Source: Actinomycetota bacterium | GTDB taxonomy: Bacteria > Actinomycetota > Acidimicrobiia > IMCC26256 > JAENVU01 | NCBI GenBank assembly: GCA_016870395.1 | Contig: VGBT01000007.1 | Coordinates: 17,268 to 81,267 of the forward strand | Direction: 5' to 3' | Length of the DNA: 64,000 bases | Notes under the pieces: model-generated | Told to the model about the DNA's origin: nothing | Seen by the model: only the letters and a program-made list of their open reading frames with translations | Database searches by the model: none | Shown: positions 40,564-49,117 of the stretch, one piece after another | Layout: the number at the start of each line of letters is the position of its first letter | Numbering within the stretch: position 1 is the first letter of the stretch | Made by a program: the position numbers and the translations under genes

Positions 40564-41220
40564 TCAGACCGTGACGTACATCTGCTCCGCGACGCCTGTC
40601 GGCACCGTGTGCTCACCCGCGCCGGTCTTCACGCGTACCCCGTCGGGGTTCCGGGACAGCACGGTCGCGCTGGCCCCAGGGATCAGCCGGGCGCGGGCGA
40701 CGAGCTCCAGGCTGGCGTCGTCGAGCTCGAGCTTCTCGCTGATGCGCGTCACGGTGACCTTGCCGGGCGCGGCCTCGGTGAGCATCGTCGAGGGCACCGG
40801 CTGCGCCGTCCGCTTGGAGCCGGGGATCGGGTTCCCGTGCGGGCACGTCATCGGATCGCCGAGCAGCTCGACCAGCTTCACCTCGACGTCAGCCGAGATG
40901 GCGTGCTCCCACAGCGCCGCCTCTCGATGCACCTTCTCCCACTCCAGGCCGATCACGTCGGCGAGCAGGCGCTCGGCCAGGCGGTGCCGGCGAACAACGG
41001 TCGTCGCCAGGTTCCGGCCTTTGGGGGTCAGGCGGATGCTGCGGTCGGTCCGCAGCTCGGTGTAGCCCGCGGCGCTGAGGCGGTTGACGGTCTCGGAGAC
41101 CGCGGGTGCCGACAGGCCGAGGCGCTCGACGAGTCGGGCTCGGAGCGGCACGACGCCCTCTTCCTCGAGTTCGAGGATGGTCTCGAGGTACTCCTCGGTG
41201 GTGTCGTGCATCTCGGCCAT
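40564..41220 (-). CDS. DtxR/IdeR family metal-dependent repressor
   Basis: DTTEEYLETI, SAPAVSETV.RL HTH, RRHRLAERLL, VHREA..WEH, C-terminal FeoA/SH3-like domain. Confidence 0.92.
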   Translation of the reverse strand: MAEMHDTTEEYLETILELEEEGVVPLRARLVERLGLSAPAVSETVNRLSAAGYTELRTDRSIRLTPKGRNLATTVVRRHRLAERLLADVIGLEWEKVHREAALWEHAISADVEVKLVELLGDPMTCPHGNPIPGSKRTAQPVPSTMLTEAAPGKVTVTRISEKLELDDASLELVARARLIPGASATVLSRNPDGVRVKTGAGEHTVPTGVAEQMYVTV

Positions 41221-41239
41221 AGAGGTAAGGCTACCCTGA
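41221..41239. promoter_or_regulatory. DtxR/IdeR operator (iron box) 1
   Basis: AGAGGTAAGGCTACCCTGA matches TWAGGTWAGSCTWACCTWA at 15/19; fills the 25-bp gap between divergent repressor and ABC ATPase. Confidence 0.8.
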
Positions 41240-41245
41240 CCATGA

Positions 41246-42343
41246 ATGGAAGAGGTCATCGAGACGCCGGTGCGCGGCCGGGTGTTCGGCGCCGTGCCGC
41301 CCGTCGTGGCGGCGCGCTCGCTCGTGAAGGTCTTCGGATCGGTGCGTGCCGTCGACGGGGTCGACCTCGAGGCCCGGCCCGGGGAGCTCCTGGCGCTGCT
41401 CGGTCCGAGCGGCTGCGGCAAGACGACGACGTTGCGGCTCCTCGCCGGCTTCGAGCGTCCCGACCAGGGGAGCATCGCCCTGGCGGGCGACGTCGTGGCC
41501 GGCGACGGCCGCTTCGTGCCGCCCGAGCGTCGCCGCATCGGTGTCGTGTTCCAGGACTTCGCGCTGTTCCCGCACCTGACGGTCGCCCAGAACCTCGGCT
41601 ACGGGGTACGTGACAAGTCGAGCCGCCGGCGGCGGGTCGCCGAGATGCTCGAGCTCATCGGCCTGGCCGATGCGGCAGATCGTCTCCCCCACGAGCTGTC
41701 CGGCGGACAGCAGCAGCGCGTCGCGCTCGGACGCGCCCTGGCGCCAGAGCCCAGCCTTGTGCTGCTCGACGAGCCCTTCTCCAACCTCGACGCGGCGCTG
41801 CGCGTGCGCATGCGGGCGGAGGTCCGCGAGATCCTGCTCCTCGCGGGCGCGACGGCGGTGTTCGTCACGCACGACCAGGAGGAAGCACTCAGCCTCGCGG
41901 ATCGGGTCGCGGTGATGCAGGGTGGCCGCCTCCTCCAGGTCGACGCACCGGCGGAGCTCTACGCGCGGCCTGTCGACGCCTTCGTCGCCACGTTTGTGGG
42001 CGACGCCGACCTGCTGCCCGGCGAGGCCGACGGTCAGGAGGTCGACACCGCGATCGGCCGGATCTCCGCGCCCGGCTCGCCCGCAGGCCCGGTCGACGTG
42101 GTGCTGCGTCCCGAACGGGTCCGGGTGTGGCTCGACGGCACGGGGATCGGGGTCGTGCACCGCATCGAGTACTTCGGCCACGGTCAGCTCGTGGAGGTGG
42201 AGCTTCCAGCCGGCCGCCGTGCCCGCGCACGTCTCGGCCCGTCGCGCGACCTCCTGGTCGGCGATCGGGTGTCGCTCGCCATGACCGGCGACGTGCTGGT
42301 CTTCCCGGCCGGGCCGTCGGTCTCCGCCGCGGCGGGGGAGTGA
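41246..42343 (+). CDS. Fe3+ ABC transporter ATP-binding protein (FbpC-like)
   Basis: GPSGCGKT, VPPERRRIG, FQDFALFPH, LSGGQQQRVALGRAL, FVTHDQEEA, TOBE-like C-terminus. Confidence 0.9.
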   Translation: MEEVIETPVRGRVFGAVPPVVAARSLVKVFGSVRAVDGVDLEARPGELLALLGPSGCGKTTTLRLLAGFERPDQGSIALAGDVVAGDGRFVPPERRRIGVVFQDFALFPHLTVAQNLGYGVRDKSSRRRRVAEMLELIGLADAADRLPHELSGGQQQRVALGRALAPEPSLVLLDEPFSNLDAALRVRMRAEVREILLLAGATAVFVTHDQEEALSLADRVAVMQGGRLLQVDAPAELYARPVDAFVATFVGDADLLPGEADGQEVDTAIGRISAPGSPAGPVDVVLRPERVRVWLDGTGIGVVHRIEYFGHGQLVEVELPAGRRARARLGPSRDLLVGDRVSLAMTGDVLVFPAGPSVSAAAGE

Positions 42344-43719
42344 GTGCCGCGGTCGACGTCGCCGTGCTCGGCGCCGGCCCGGCCGGTCTGCTCGCCGCGC
42401 TGGCGCTCGTCCGCCGTGGTCGGCGGGTCGTGGTGGTCGAGCAGTCCGCCGCGGTCGGCGGGCTCGCGGGCAGCTTCGAGGTCGCAGGAGTGCGTGTGGA
42501 CCACGGCAGCCACCGCCTGCACCGGGCGTGCGACCCGGCTCTGCTGGGGCTGCTGCGCGAGCTGCTCGGAGACGACTTGCAGCGGCGAGCGCGCCGGGGA
42601 CGCCTGCGTCTTGCCGGCCGCTGGGTGCAGTTCCCACCTCGGGCGGCCGATCTCGCTCGCAACCTCCCACCGGGCCTTGCGCTTCGTCTTGCGCTCGATG
42701 CGGTCGGCGCTTCGCTGCGCACCCCCGCCGCGGACACGTTCGACGAGGTCATCCGGGCCGGTCTCGGTCCCACCATGTATCGGCGCTTCTACGGCCCGTA
42801 CGTCGAGAAGATCTGGGGGATCCCCGGCGAGCGGCTCTCGGGGGAGCTGGCCCGGCGTCGGGTAGGTGCTCGCTCGGGCGTCGAGCTGCTTTCCCGTCTG
42901 AGAAGCCCTGATCCGGACGCACGGACGTTCTTCTACCCGCGCCGTGGCTTCGGCGAGATCGTCGAGCGTCTCGCCGATGCGGCCGTGGCCGCGGGCGCCG
43001 AGCTGGTGCTGGGGGAAGCGGTGGCCGGTGTGAGCGACCGCGGCGAGGTGCGCACGACGCGGCGGAGCGTGCCCGCGGAGCTCGTCCTCTCGACGATCCC
43101 GCTGAACGCGCTCGCCGGCCTGGTGCACCCGGCACCGGCCCCGCCGGTGGTGACCGCCTCGGGTCTCCTGCGGTACCGGGCACTGGTGCTCTGCTACGTG
43201 GTCCTCGAGCGGGAGTGCTACACGGAATTCGACGCCCACTACTTCCCCGGATCCGAGACTGCCGCGAGCCGCGTGTCGGAGCCAACGCGCTATCGCGACG
43301 GTGCCGGAACCGACCCGGCTGGCCGCACCGTGCTCTGTATCGAGCTGCCGTGCAGCATCGGGGACGCGACGTGGACCGCCCACCCCTCGGACCTCGCGGC
43401 ACGGACCATGGTCGAGCTCGCGCGATGTGGTTTGCCCGCGGCCACCCCGGTGCATGCGGAAGTCCGTCGGGTGCCGCACGCGTACCCCGTCTACGACGTC
43501 GGCTACGAGGGTCCGCTCGCGACGCTCGACGGGTGGGCGCGCTCACTCACGCGGATCGTGACCTTCGGCCGTCAGGGACTCTTCGCTCACGACAACACTC
43601 ACCACGCGCTCGCCATGGGTGCGGCGGCGGCGGCGGCGGTGCGCGAGGACGGGTCCTTCGATGCCGGGGCCTGGCTGGAGGCCTGCGACCGATTCCGTAC
43701 CCACGTCGTGGAGGACTGA
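42340..43719 (+). CDS. FAD-dependent oxidoreductase (UDP-galactopyranose-mutase/HemY-like superfamily)
   Basis: VLGAGPAGL, VGGLAGS, DHGSHRLH, FFYPRRGFG, HAYPVY, FGRQGLFAHDN; GTGA-coupled to the ATPase. Confidence 0.75.
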   Translation: MSAAVDVAVLGAGPAGLLAALALVRRGRRVVVVEQSAAVGGLAGSFEVAGVRVDHGSHRLHRACDPALLGLLRELLGDDLQRRARRGRLRLAGRWVQFPPRAADLARNLPPGLALRLALDAVGASLRTPAADTFDEVIRAGLGPTMYRRFYGPYVEKIWGIPGERLSGELARRRVGARSGVELLSRLRSPDPDARTFFYPRRGFGEIVERLADAAVAAGAELVLGEAVAGVSDRGEVRTTRRSVPAELVLSTIPLNALAGLVHPAPAPPVVTASGLLRYRALVLCYVVLERECYTEFDAHYFPGSETAASRVSEPTRYRDGAGTDPAGRTVLCIELPCSIGDATWTAHPSDLAARTMVELARCGLPAATPVHAEVRRVPHAYPVYDVGYEGPLATLDGWARSLTRIVTFGRQGLFAHDNTHHALAMGAAAAAAVREDGSFDAGAWLEACDRFRTHVVED

Positions 43720-43733
43720 GCCCAGGATGCTAC

Positions 43734-44420
43734 TCATGGGGTGTGCAGCTCGCGCCACACCGCAGGGACGACAGCGCGCAGGTAAGGGTCGAGCCGCACG
43801 AACGAACGCCCTCGCTCCCGGAACGCGTACGTGATCGGCACCTCGGCGTAGCGGTACCCCTTGCGCACGAGGTCGAGCGTGAGCACCTGCGCGTAGTTGT
43901 AGTCGTGGATGATCTCGGCGGCGGAAGCGGCCTGCCCGCTGAGCGCGCGGTAGCCGCTCTGCCCGTCGGTGATCGGCAGGTGCGCGAGCCGGGCCAGCAC
44001 TGCGGTGAGTACCCGGTTGCCGATGCGCCGGTGAGGGTGCATGCGCCGGATCTCGCCTGCGAAGCGGGAGCCGACCACGTAGTCGGCCTGGCCCGCGAGG
44101 ATCGGCGCGACCATGCAGGGGAGCTCTTCGGGGGCGTACTCGCCGTCGGCGTCGCAGAACGCGACCGCCGCCGCGTGCCGGCGTACCGCCTCGGCCAACC
44201 CGAGCCGGACTGCAGCGCCCAGGCCTTCGGGCCCGTGGTTCGCGACGACGGTTGCCCCGGCCTCGGTGGCACGAGTGGCAGTGGCGTCGGTGGAGTGGTC
44301 GTCGACGACGAGGCAGCAGACCGGGTGTCCCGCGACCGACCGCGGCACGCGGCGGACCACGTCGCCGACCGACGCGTCCTCGTTGCGAGCCGGGAGGAAG
44401 AGGACCACCGGGCGATGCAT
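43734..44420 (-). CDS. GT2 glycosyltransferase, dolichol/polyprenol-phosphate-sugar synthase-like
   Basis: LPARNE, VVDDHSTDAT, CDADG DxD, VVGSRF, DGQSGYRAL, EVPITY..R. Confidence 0.88.
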   Translation of the reverse strand: MHRPVVLFLPARNEDASVGDVVRRVPRSVAGHPVCCLVVDDHSTDATATRATEAGATVVANHGPEGLGAAVRLGLAEAVRRHAAAVAFCDADGEYAPEELPCMVAPILAGQADYVVGSRFAGEIRRMHPHRRIGNRVLTAVLARLAHLPITDGQSGYRALSGQAASAAEIIHDYNYAQVLTLDLVRKGYRYAEVPITYAFRERGRSFVRLDPYLRAVVPAVWRELHTP

Positions 44421-44424
44421 GACC

Positions 44425-44443
44425 TAAGGTTAGGACAACTTTA
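44425..44443. promoter_or_regulatory. DtxR/IdeR operator (iron box) 2
   Basis: TAAGGTTAGGACAACTTTA matches TWAGGTWAGSCTWACCTWA at 16/19; between divergent GT2 and Fe-binding protein genes. Confidence 0.8.
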
Positions 44444-44475
44444 CAAACGGTGCGAGCCGTGGCAGGCTGCGCGCC

Positions 44476-45492
44476 ATGCGCCGATCCCGTCCCGTCGCCG
44501 TCGCGCTGGCCCTGGCCCTGGGTGCCGGTGCGCTGACCGCCTGCGAGAGCGGCGGTGGGCGGCGGGTGACGATCTACTCCGGCCGGACCGAGGAGCTCAT
44601 CGCGCCGCTCCTGGAGCGCTTCGCACAGGAGTCCGGGATCTCGGTCGACGTGCGCTACGGCGACTCGGCCGACCTGGCCCTCCTGCTCAACGAGGAGGGC
44701 GACAAGAGCCCGGCCGACGTGTTCTTGTCCCAGAGCCCCGGAGCGATGGGCTACGTCGACGGCAGCGACCTGCTGCGCGAACTTCCGGACGAGATCCTCG
44801 ACCAAATCGACGCGCGGTTCCGGGCCGGGGACGGGGACTGGGTGGGGGTCTCGGGTCGGGTCCGGGTGCTCGTGTACAACCGCGAGAAGGTCGATCTCGG
44901 CACGCTTCCCGACTCGGTGTTCGACCTCACCCAGGGGCGCTACCGGGGGAAGGTCGGCATCGCCCCCACGAACGCGTCGTTCATCGACTTTGTCACCGCG
45001 ATGCGAGAGATCGAGGGAGACGAGCGGACCCTCGCTTGGCTGGAAGGTCTGAAGGCCAACGACGCCCAGGAGTACGCGAACAACATCGCGATCGTCGAGG
45101 CCGTGGGCCGCGGCGAGATCGATCTCGGGCTGGTGAACCACTACTACAACGAGCAGGCCAAAGCCGAGGACCCCGGGATCGCGAGCGAGAACTTCGTCTT
45201 CCCGAACGGCGACATCGGTGCGGTGATCCTCGTCACGGCGGCCGGCGTGTTGCGCACCAGCGCGCGCACCGACGAAGCAGAGCAGCTGGTCGACTTCCTG
45301 CTCTCGAAGGAAGCTCAGGAGTACTTCGCGGAGCAGACCTTCGAGTACCCGCTGGCCGCTGGCGTCGAGCCAACCGTCGAGGACCTCCCGCCACTCGCCG
45401 ACATCGCGGGGCCGTCGGTCGAGCTCAGCTCCCTCGGCAACGAGCTCGCGAAGACACGCGAGCTGATCCAGCAGGCCGGCTTCGAGGCCTGA
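44476..45492 (+). CDS. Fe3+ ABC transporter substrate-binding lipoprotein (FbpA/FutA-like)
   Basis: Lipobox LTAC, TIYSGR, EEGDKSPADVF, RVRVLVYN, LVNHYY twin-Tyr iron site, TFEYPL. Confidence 0.92.
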   Translation: MRRSRPVAVALALALGAGALTACESGGGRRVTIYSGRTEELIAPLLERFAQESGISVDVRYGDSADLALLLNEEGDKSPADVFLSQSPGAMGYVDGSDLLRELPDEILDQIDARFRAGDGDWVGVSGRVRVLVYNREKVDLGTLPDSVFDLTQGRYRGKVGIAPTNASFIDFVTAMREIEGDERTLAWLEGLKANDAQEYANNIAIVEAVGRGEIDLGLVNHYYNEQAKAEDPGIASENFVFPNGDIGAVILVTAAGVLRTSARTDEAEQLVDFLLSKEAQEYFAEQTFEYPLAAGVEPTVEDLPPLADIAGPSVELSSLGNELAKTRELIQQAGFEA

Positions 45493-45493
45493 G

Positions 45494-47116
45494 ATGACCG
45501 TCGTCGCTCTCGACCGAGTGGCGATTGGCCCGACGGCGCCCCCGAGGGCCCCCGTCGGGTTGGCGGTGGCCGGGCTGGCGATCGGCGCGGGGTTCGCGGC
45601 ACCGTTCGTCTACCTCCTCGTTCGGAACCTCGACGGCGTCACCGGGTTCCTCGACGTCGTCGCCTCGCGTGAAGTGACGGAACCGCTGTGGCGGACGCTG
45701 TGGCTGGCGGTCAGCGTCACGATCGCGTGCGCGGTGGTCGGCACCACCATGGCGTGGCTGGTCACCCGCACCGATGTGCCCGGACGTCGCTTCTTCGCGG
45801 CCGCGGCCGCGCTCCCGCTAGTACTGCCCTCCTTCGTCGCCGCACTCGCACTCGTCTCCGCCTTCGCACATGGCGGCTTGCTCGAGGAGCTGCTCGGCTT
45901 CGACACCGGGCTGCGCATCGAGGGCTACTGGGCCGCGTTCACGGTGCTCACGCTCATCAGCTACCCGTACGTGTACCTGCCAGTGGCGGCGCGCCTGGTC
46001 GCGCTGCCCCGGTCGTTGGAGGAGAGCGCGCGTGCGCTCGGGCGGCGCCCCGCGGCGGTGTTCCGAACGGTCGTGCTGCCCCAGATCGCAGGTTCCGTGC
46101 TCGCCGGATCGCTGCTCGTCTTCCTCTACGCGGTCAGCGAGTTCGGTGCGGTCGCGCTGCTGCGCTACGACACGTTGACGAGGCGGATCTACTCGGCCCG
46201 TCTTCTCGACCCCAGCGCCGCGCTGGCGATGAGCCTGTTGCTCGGGGCCGTCGCTCTGATCGTCGTCGCGACCGAGCGAGGAATCACGAAGCGGCGGCGG
46301 CGCGTCGAGGCGGCGGTCACCGGCGGCCGGCCGCTCCGGGCGCGCCTGGGGCCCTGGAGGGTCCCGGCATTCCTGTTCGCCGCGACGATCGTGGGGCTCG
46401 GGCTCCTGGCGCCGGTGGCGGTGCTCGCCCGTTGGGCGGTGCGGGGCCTGATGGGGGGCCGCAACGTCTTGGGCCGGACGTCCGACGTGGGCAGCCTCGT
46501 CGAACCGACCGTCAACACGGCGCTGCTGGCGGTCACCGCGGCGGTGGTCGCCGTGGTCGTCGTGCTGCCCGTCGCGTTCCTCACCAGCCGGTACCGCTCG
46601 CGCACCGGCGGCGTCGCGAACGCGTTCGTGGTGGGGGGATTCGCGCTGCCCGGGCTGGTCATCGCCCTTGCGCTGGTCTCCTGGACGCTGCGTAGTCCCG
46701 TCCTCGAAGTCTTCTACCAGACGCTGCCGCTCCTGGTCTTCGCCTACGTGGTCCACTTCGGCGCGCAGGCGATGCGCGCCGCGCAGGTCGCGGTCGACGG
46801 AGTGCCGCAACGGCTCCGAGACGCTGCCCAGGCGCTCGGCGCCGGCAGAGCGCGACGGGTTCGCACCGTGGAGCTGCCGATCATGATGCCCAGCCTCGCC
46901 GCCGGAGGTGGCCTCGTGCTGCTCTCGGTCATGAAGGAACTGCCGGCGACGCTGCTTCTGGCACCGATCGGCGTCGACACCCTCGCGATGCAGATCTGGG
47001 GCGCAGCCGAAGAAGGGTTCTTCGCGCAGGCCGGTCTGGCCGCGTTGGTGCTCGTGGGGTTGTCGGGCGTGCTGACGTGGCTGCTCACGATCCGGCGGAT
47101 GGAGCGGCTTTCCTGA
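45494..47116 (+). CDS. Fe3+ ABC transporter permease (FbpB-like, two TM modules)
   Basis: About 12 TM helices, two EAA-type loops (LEESARALG, LRDAAQALG), YPYVY, KELPATLLL. Confidence 0.92.
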   Translation: MTVVALDRVAIGPTAPPRAPVGLAVAGLAIGAGFAAPFVYLLVRNLDGVTGFLDVVASREVTEPLWRTLWLAVSVTIACAVVGTTMAWLVTRTDVPGRRFFAAAAALPLVLPSFVAALALVSAFAHGGLLEELLGFDTGLRIEGYWAAFTVLTLISYPYVYLPVAARLVALPRSLEESARALGRRPAAVFRTVVLPQIAGSVLAGSLLVFLYAVSEFGAVALLRYDTLTRRIYSARLLDPSAALAMSLLLGAVALIVVATERGITKRRRRVEAAVTGGRPLRARLGPWRVPAFLFAATIVGLGLLAPVAVLARWAVRGLMGGRNVLGRTSDVGSLVEPTVNTALLAVTAAVVAVVVVLPVAFLTSRYRSRTGGVANAFVVGGFALPGLVIALALVSWTLRSPVLEVFYQTLPLLVFAYVVHFGAQAMRAAQVAVDGVPQRLRDAAQALGAGRARRVRTVELPIMMPSLAAGGGLVLLSVMKELPATLLLAPIGVDTLAMQIWGAAEEGFFAQAGLAALVLVGLSGVLTWLLTIRRMERLS

Positions 47117-48525
47117 TGCGCCTGAGCACCGCGATGGTCTTCGTCGCCGCGGGTGTCGTTGCCTGGACCGTGCCAGTCGCGGGAGTGCGCGCGACCTACG
47201 GCGCGCGCACCACGGCCGACGAGCCTCAGTACCTCATGACGGCCACGAGCCTCGCCGAAGACGGGAACCTCGACGTGAGCGACGAGCGAGCGGCGGGCCG
47301 GTATCGCGGGTTCCACGAGGTCGGCCTACCGATCCAGGAAGAGATCCGGGCCGACGGGACCCGGGTCAGTCCCCACGATCCGCTGCTTCCCGCGCTGCTC
47401 GCGCTGCCGATGCGCGTGGGCGGATGGCTCGTCGCGAAGCTGACCCTCGCCGTCCTTGCCGGTTTGCTTGCTGCACTCATGTTGTGGACCGCGGTGCGTC
47501 GTTTCGCGGTCCCGCTCGGGGTGGGGACTCTGGCGGTGTGCGCGTTCTCGCTCGCGGCACCGATCGCGGTGTACGGCGGCCAGGTGTACCCGGAGCTCCC
47601 GGCCGCGCTCGCGGTCACGGCTGCGATTGCGGCGGTGACGGGGTCGCTGCGCGCACGCGGGCTGGCAGTGCTCGGCGCGGCGTGTGTCGCGCTGCCGTGG
47701 CTCTCGGTCAAGTACCTGCCGGTCGCGGCCGTCCTGGCGGGCCTCGCTTGGTGGCGGCTCCTTCGCGCCGTCCGGGTCCGGGTGGCGACCGTGCTCGCCG
47801 GCGTGCTGGTCGGTGCCGGCGCTGCGTATCTGGTCACGCATCAGGCGTGGTACGGGGGTTGGACGGCCTATGCCGCCGGTTCCCACTTCGCCGGCGGTGA
47901 GGCCACCGTGATGGGTGTGGATCCGGACTACCTCGGTCGGAGCGTCCGTCTCGTCGGCCTGCTCGTGGATCGTGGTTTCGGGCTGGCAGTGTGGCAACCC
48001 GCATACCTGCTCGCGATCCCGGCCCTCGCGGCCCTCGTGGCCGCTCGTCCGCGCGGTTGGAGCGCGGTCGCGCTCCCCCTCGTCGCAGGGTGGCTCAATG
48101 CGACGTTCGTCGCGCTCACGATGCACGGCTGGTGGTGGCCGGGGCGCCAGGTCGTGGTGGTGCTGCCGACGCTCGTCCTCGCCGTTGCGTGGTGGTCCGC
48201 GCGCTACGAGATCGCGCGCCGCCTGTTGGCAGCCGGTCTGGTCGTCGGCGCGTCGATCTACGCGTGGCTCGTGGTCGAGGGACTGATGGGTCGGCTCACC
48301 CTCGTCGTCGACTTCGAGCGCACGACGATGCCGTTGGTCCGCGCGATGCGCGTCGTGCTGCCTGACCTGCGTCTGCATCCGTTCGGGACGGACGCGCTGC
48401 TCGTCGGTTGGGTCGTCATGGCCGCTGCACTTGCGGCGTGGGGCTGGCACAGCGTTCGCGACGTCCCGGCGCCCGTCGAGGTCGGGTGCGCCGGGTCGGT
48501 TGCGGTCGGCACGTCTTCGCTATAG
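47116..48525 (+). CDS. Polytopic membrane protein, GT-C fold glycosyltransferase-like
   Basis: First loop TADEPQY (DE dyad), many TM helices, YPELP, KYLP, WWWPGRQ; TGATG-coupled to the permease. Confidence 0.65.
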   Translation: MRLSTAMVFVAAGVVAWTVPVAGVRATYGARTTADEPQYLMTATSLAEDGNLDVSDERAAGRYRGFHEVGLPIQEEIRADGTRVSPHDPLLPALLALPMRVGGWLVAKLTLAVLAGLLAALMLWTAVRRFAVPLGVGTLAVCAFSLAAPIAVYGGQVYPELPAALAVTAAIAAVTGSLRARGLAVLGAACVALPWLSVKYLPVAAVLAGLAWWRLLRAVRVRVATVLAGVLVGAGAAYLVTHQAWYGGWTAYAAGSHFAGGEATVMGVDPDYLGRSVRLVGLLVDRGFGLAVWQPAYLLAIPALAALVAARPRGWSAVALPLVAGWLNATFVALTMHGWWWPGRQVVVVLPTLVLAVAWWSARYEIARRLLAAGLVVGASIYAWLVVEGLMGRLTLVVDFERTTMPLVRAMRVVLPDLRLHPFGTDALLVGWVVMAAALAAWGWHSVRDVPAPVEVGCAGSVAVGTSSL

Positions 48526-48541
48526 ATATGGAGAGGGAATC

Positions 48542-49117
48542 GTGAGAGTCGGGAGAAGGCGAGTCACCGTGCTCGCGTTGGTCATGGTGTTGCAGGTGGT
48601 CGTGGGCGCCTGCGGCGACAACGACGACGGGGCCAAGGTGCGCAGCATCGGAGACGACGGGTCGTCGTCGGCTTCGGGTTCGGCGAGCGGATCGGCGTCC
48701 GCATCGGGCACCGCCGAGTGCGAGCCGGTGGGCGACATCCAGGAGGCCGACACGCGCGTGGACGTGCGGCTCGACGAATGGGTGGTCGACCTGGGCGTCC
48801 CGGCGGCGCTGGCCGGCAAGATCGGCTTCGTCAACGAGAACATCGGCGAGGAGCCGCATGAGCTGGTGGTGGTCGACGGCGTGACTCCGACCGACCTCCC
48901 GCTCGACGACGACGGCGCGCTCGACGAGGCCGCGCTCCCCGACGGCGCGCTGGTGGGCGAGGTGGAGGCCTTCCCGGCCGGGCAGACGTGCGACGGCGTG
49001 TTCGAGCTCGACCCGGGTGAGTACACGCTGCTCTGCAACATCGTCGAGACGGAGGAGAGCGGCGAGGTCGAGAGTCACCTGAAGGAGGGCATGGTGACCA
49101 CGTTCACGGTCACGTGA
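48542..49117 (+). CDS. Cupredoxin-like lipoprotein with putative type-1 copper site
   Basis: Lipobox VGAC, Ser/Gly/Ala linker, PHELVV and YTLLCN..SHLKEGM (His, Cys, His, Met ligands). Confidence 0.78.
   Translation: MRVGRRRVTVLALVMVLQVVVGACGDNDDGAKVRSIGDDGSSSASGSASGSASASGTAECEPVGDIQEADTRVDVRLDEWVVDLGVPAALAGKIGFVNENIGEEPHELVVVDGVTPTDLPLDDDGALDEAALPDGALVGEVEAFPAGQTCDGVFELDPGEYTLLCNIVETEESGEVESHLKEGMVTTFTVT

Noticed and set aside
42340-43719. FAD enzyme as coproporphyrinogen/protoporphyrinogen oxidase (chdC is nearby)
   Set aside because: C-terminal GRQGLF..DN pattern and glycosyltransferase context fit sugar-modifying members of the superfamily better; cannot be excluded without a search
44068-44078. 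GGAGCCGACCA partial match to the dispersed element (also a 10-nt antisense match near 13414)
   Set aside because: Short matches inside conserved coding sequence without the flanking arms; expected by chance at this GC content
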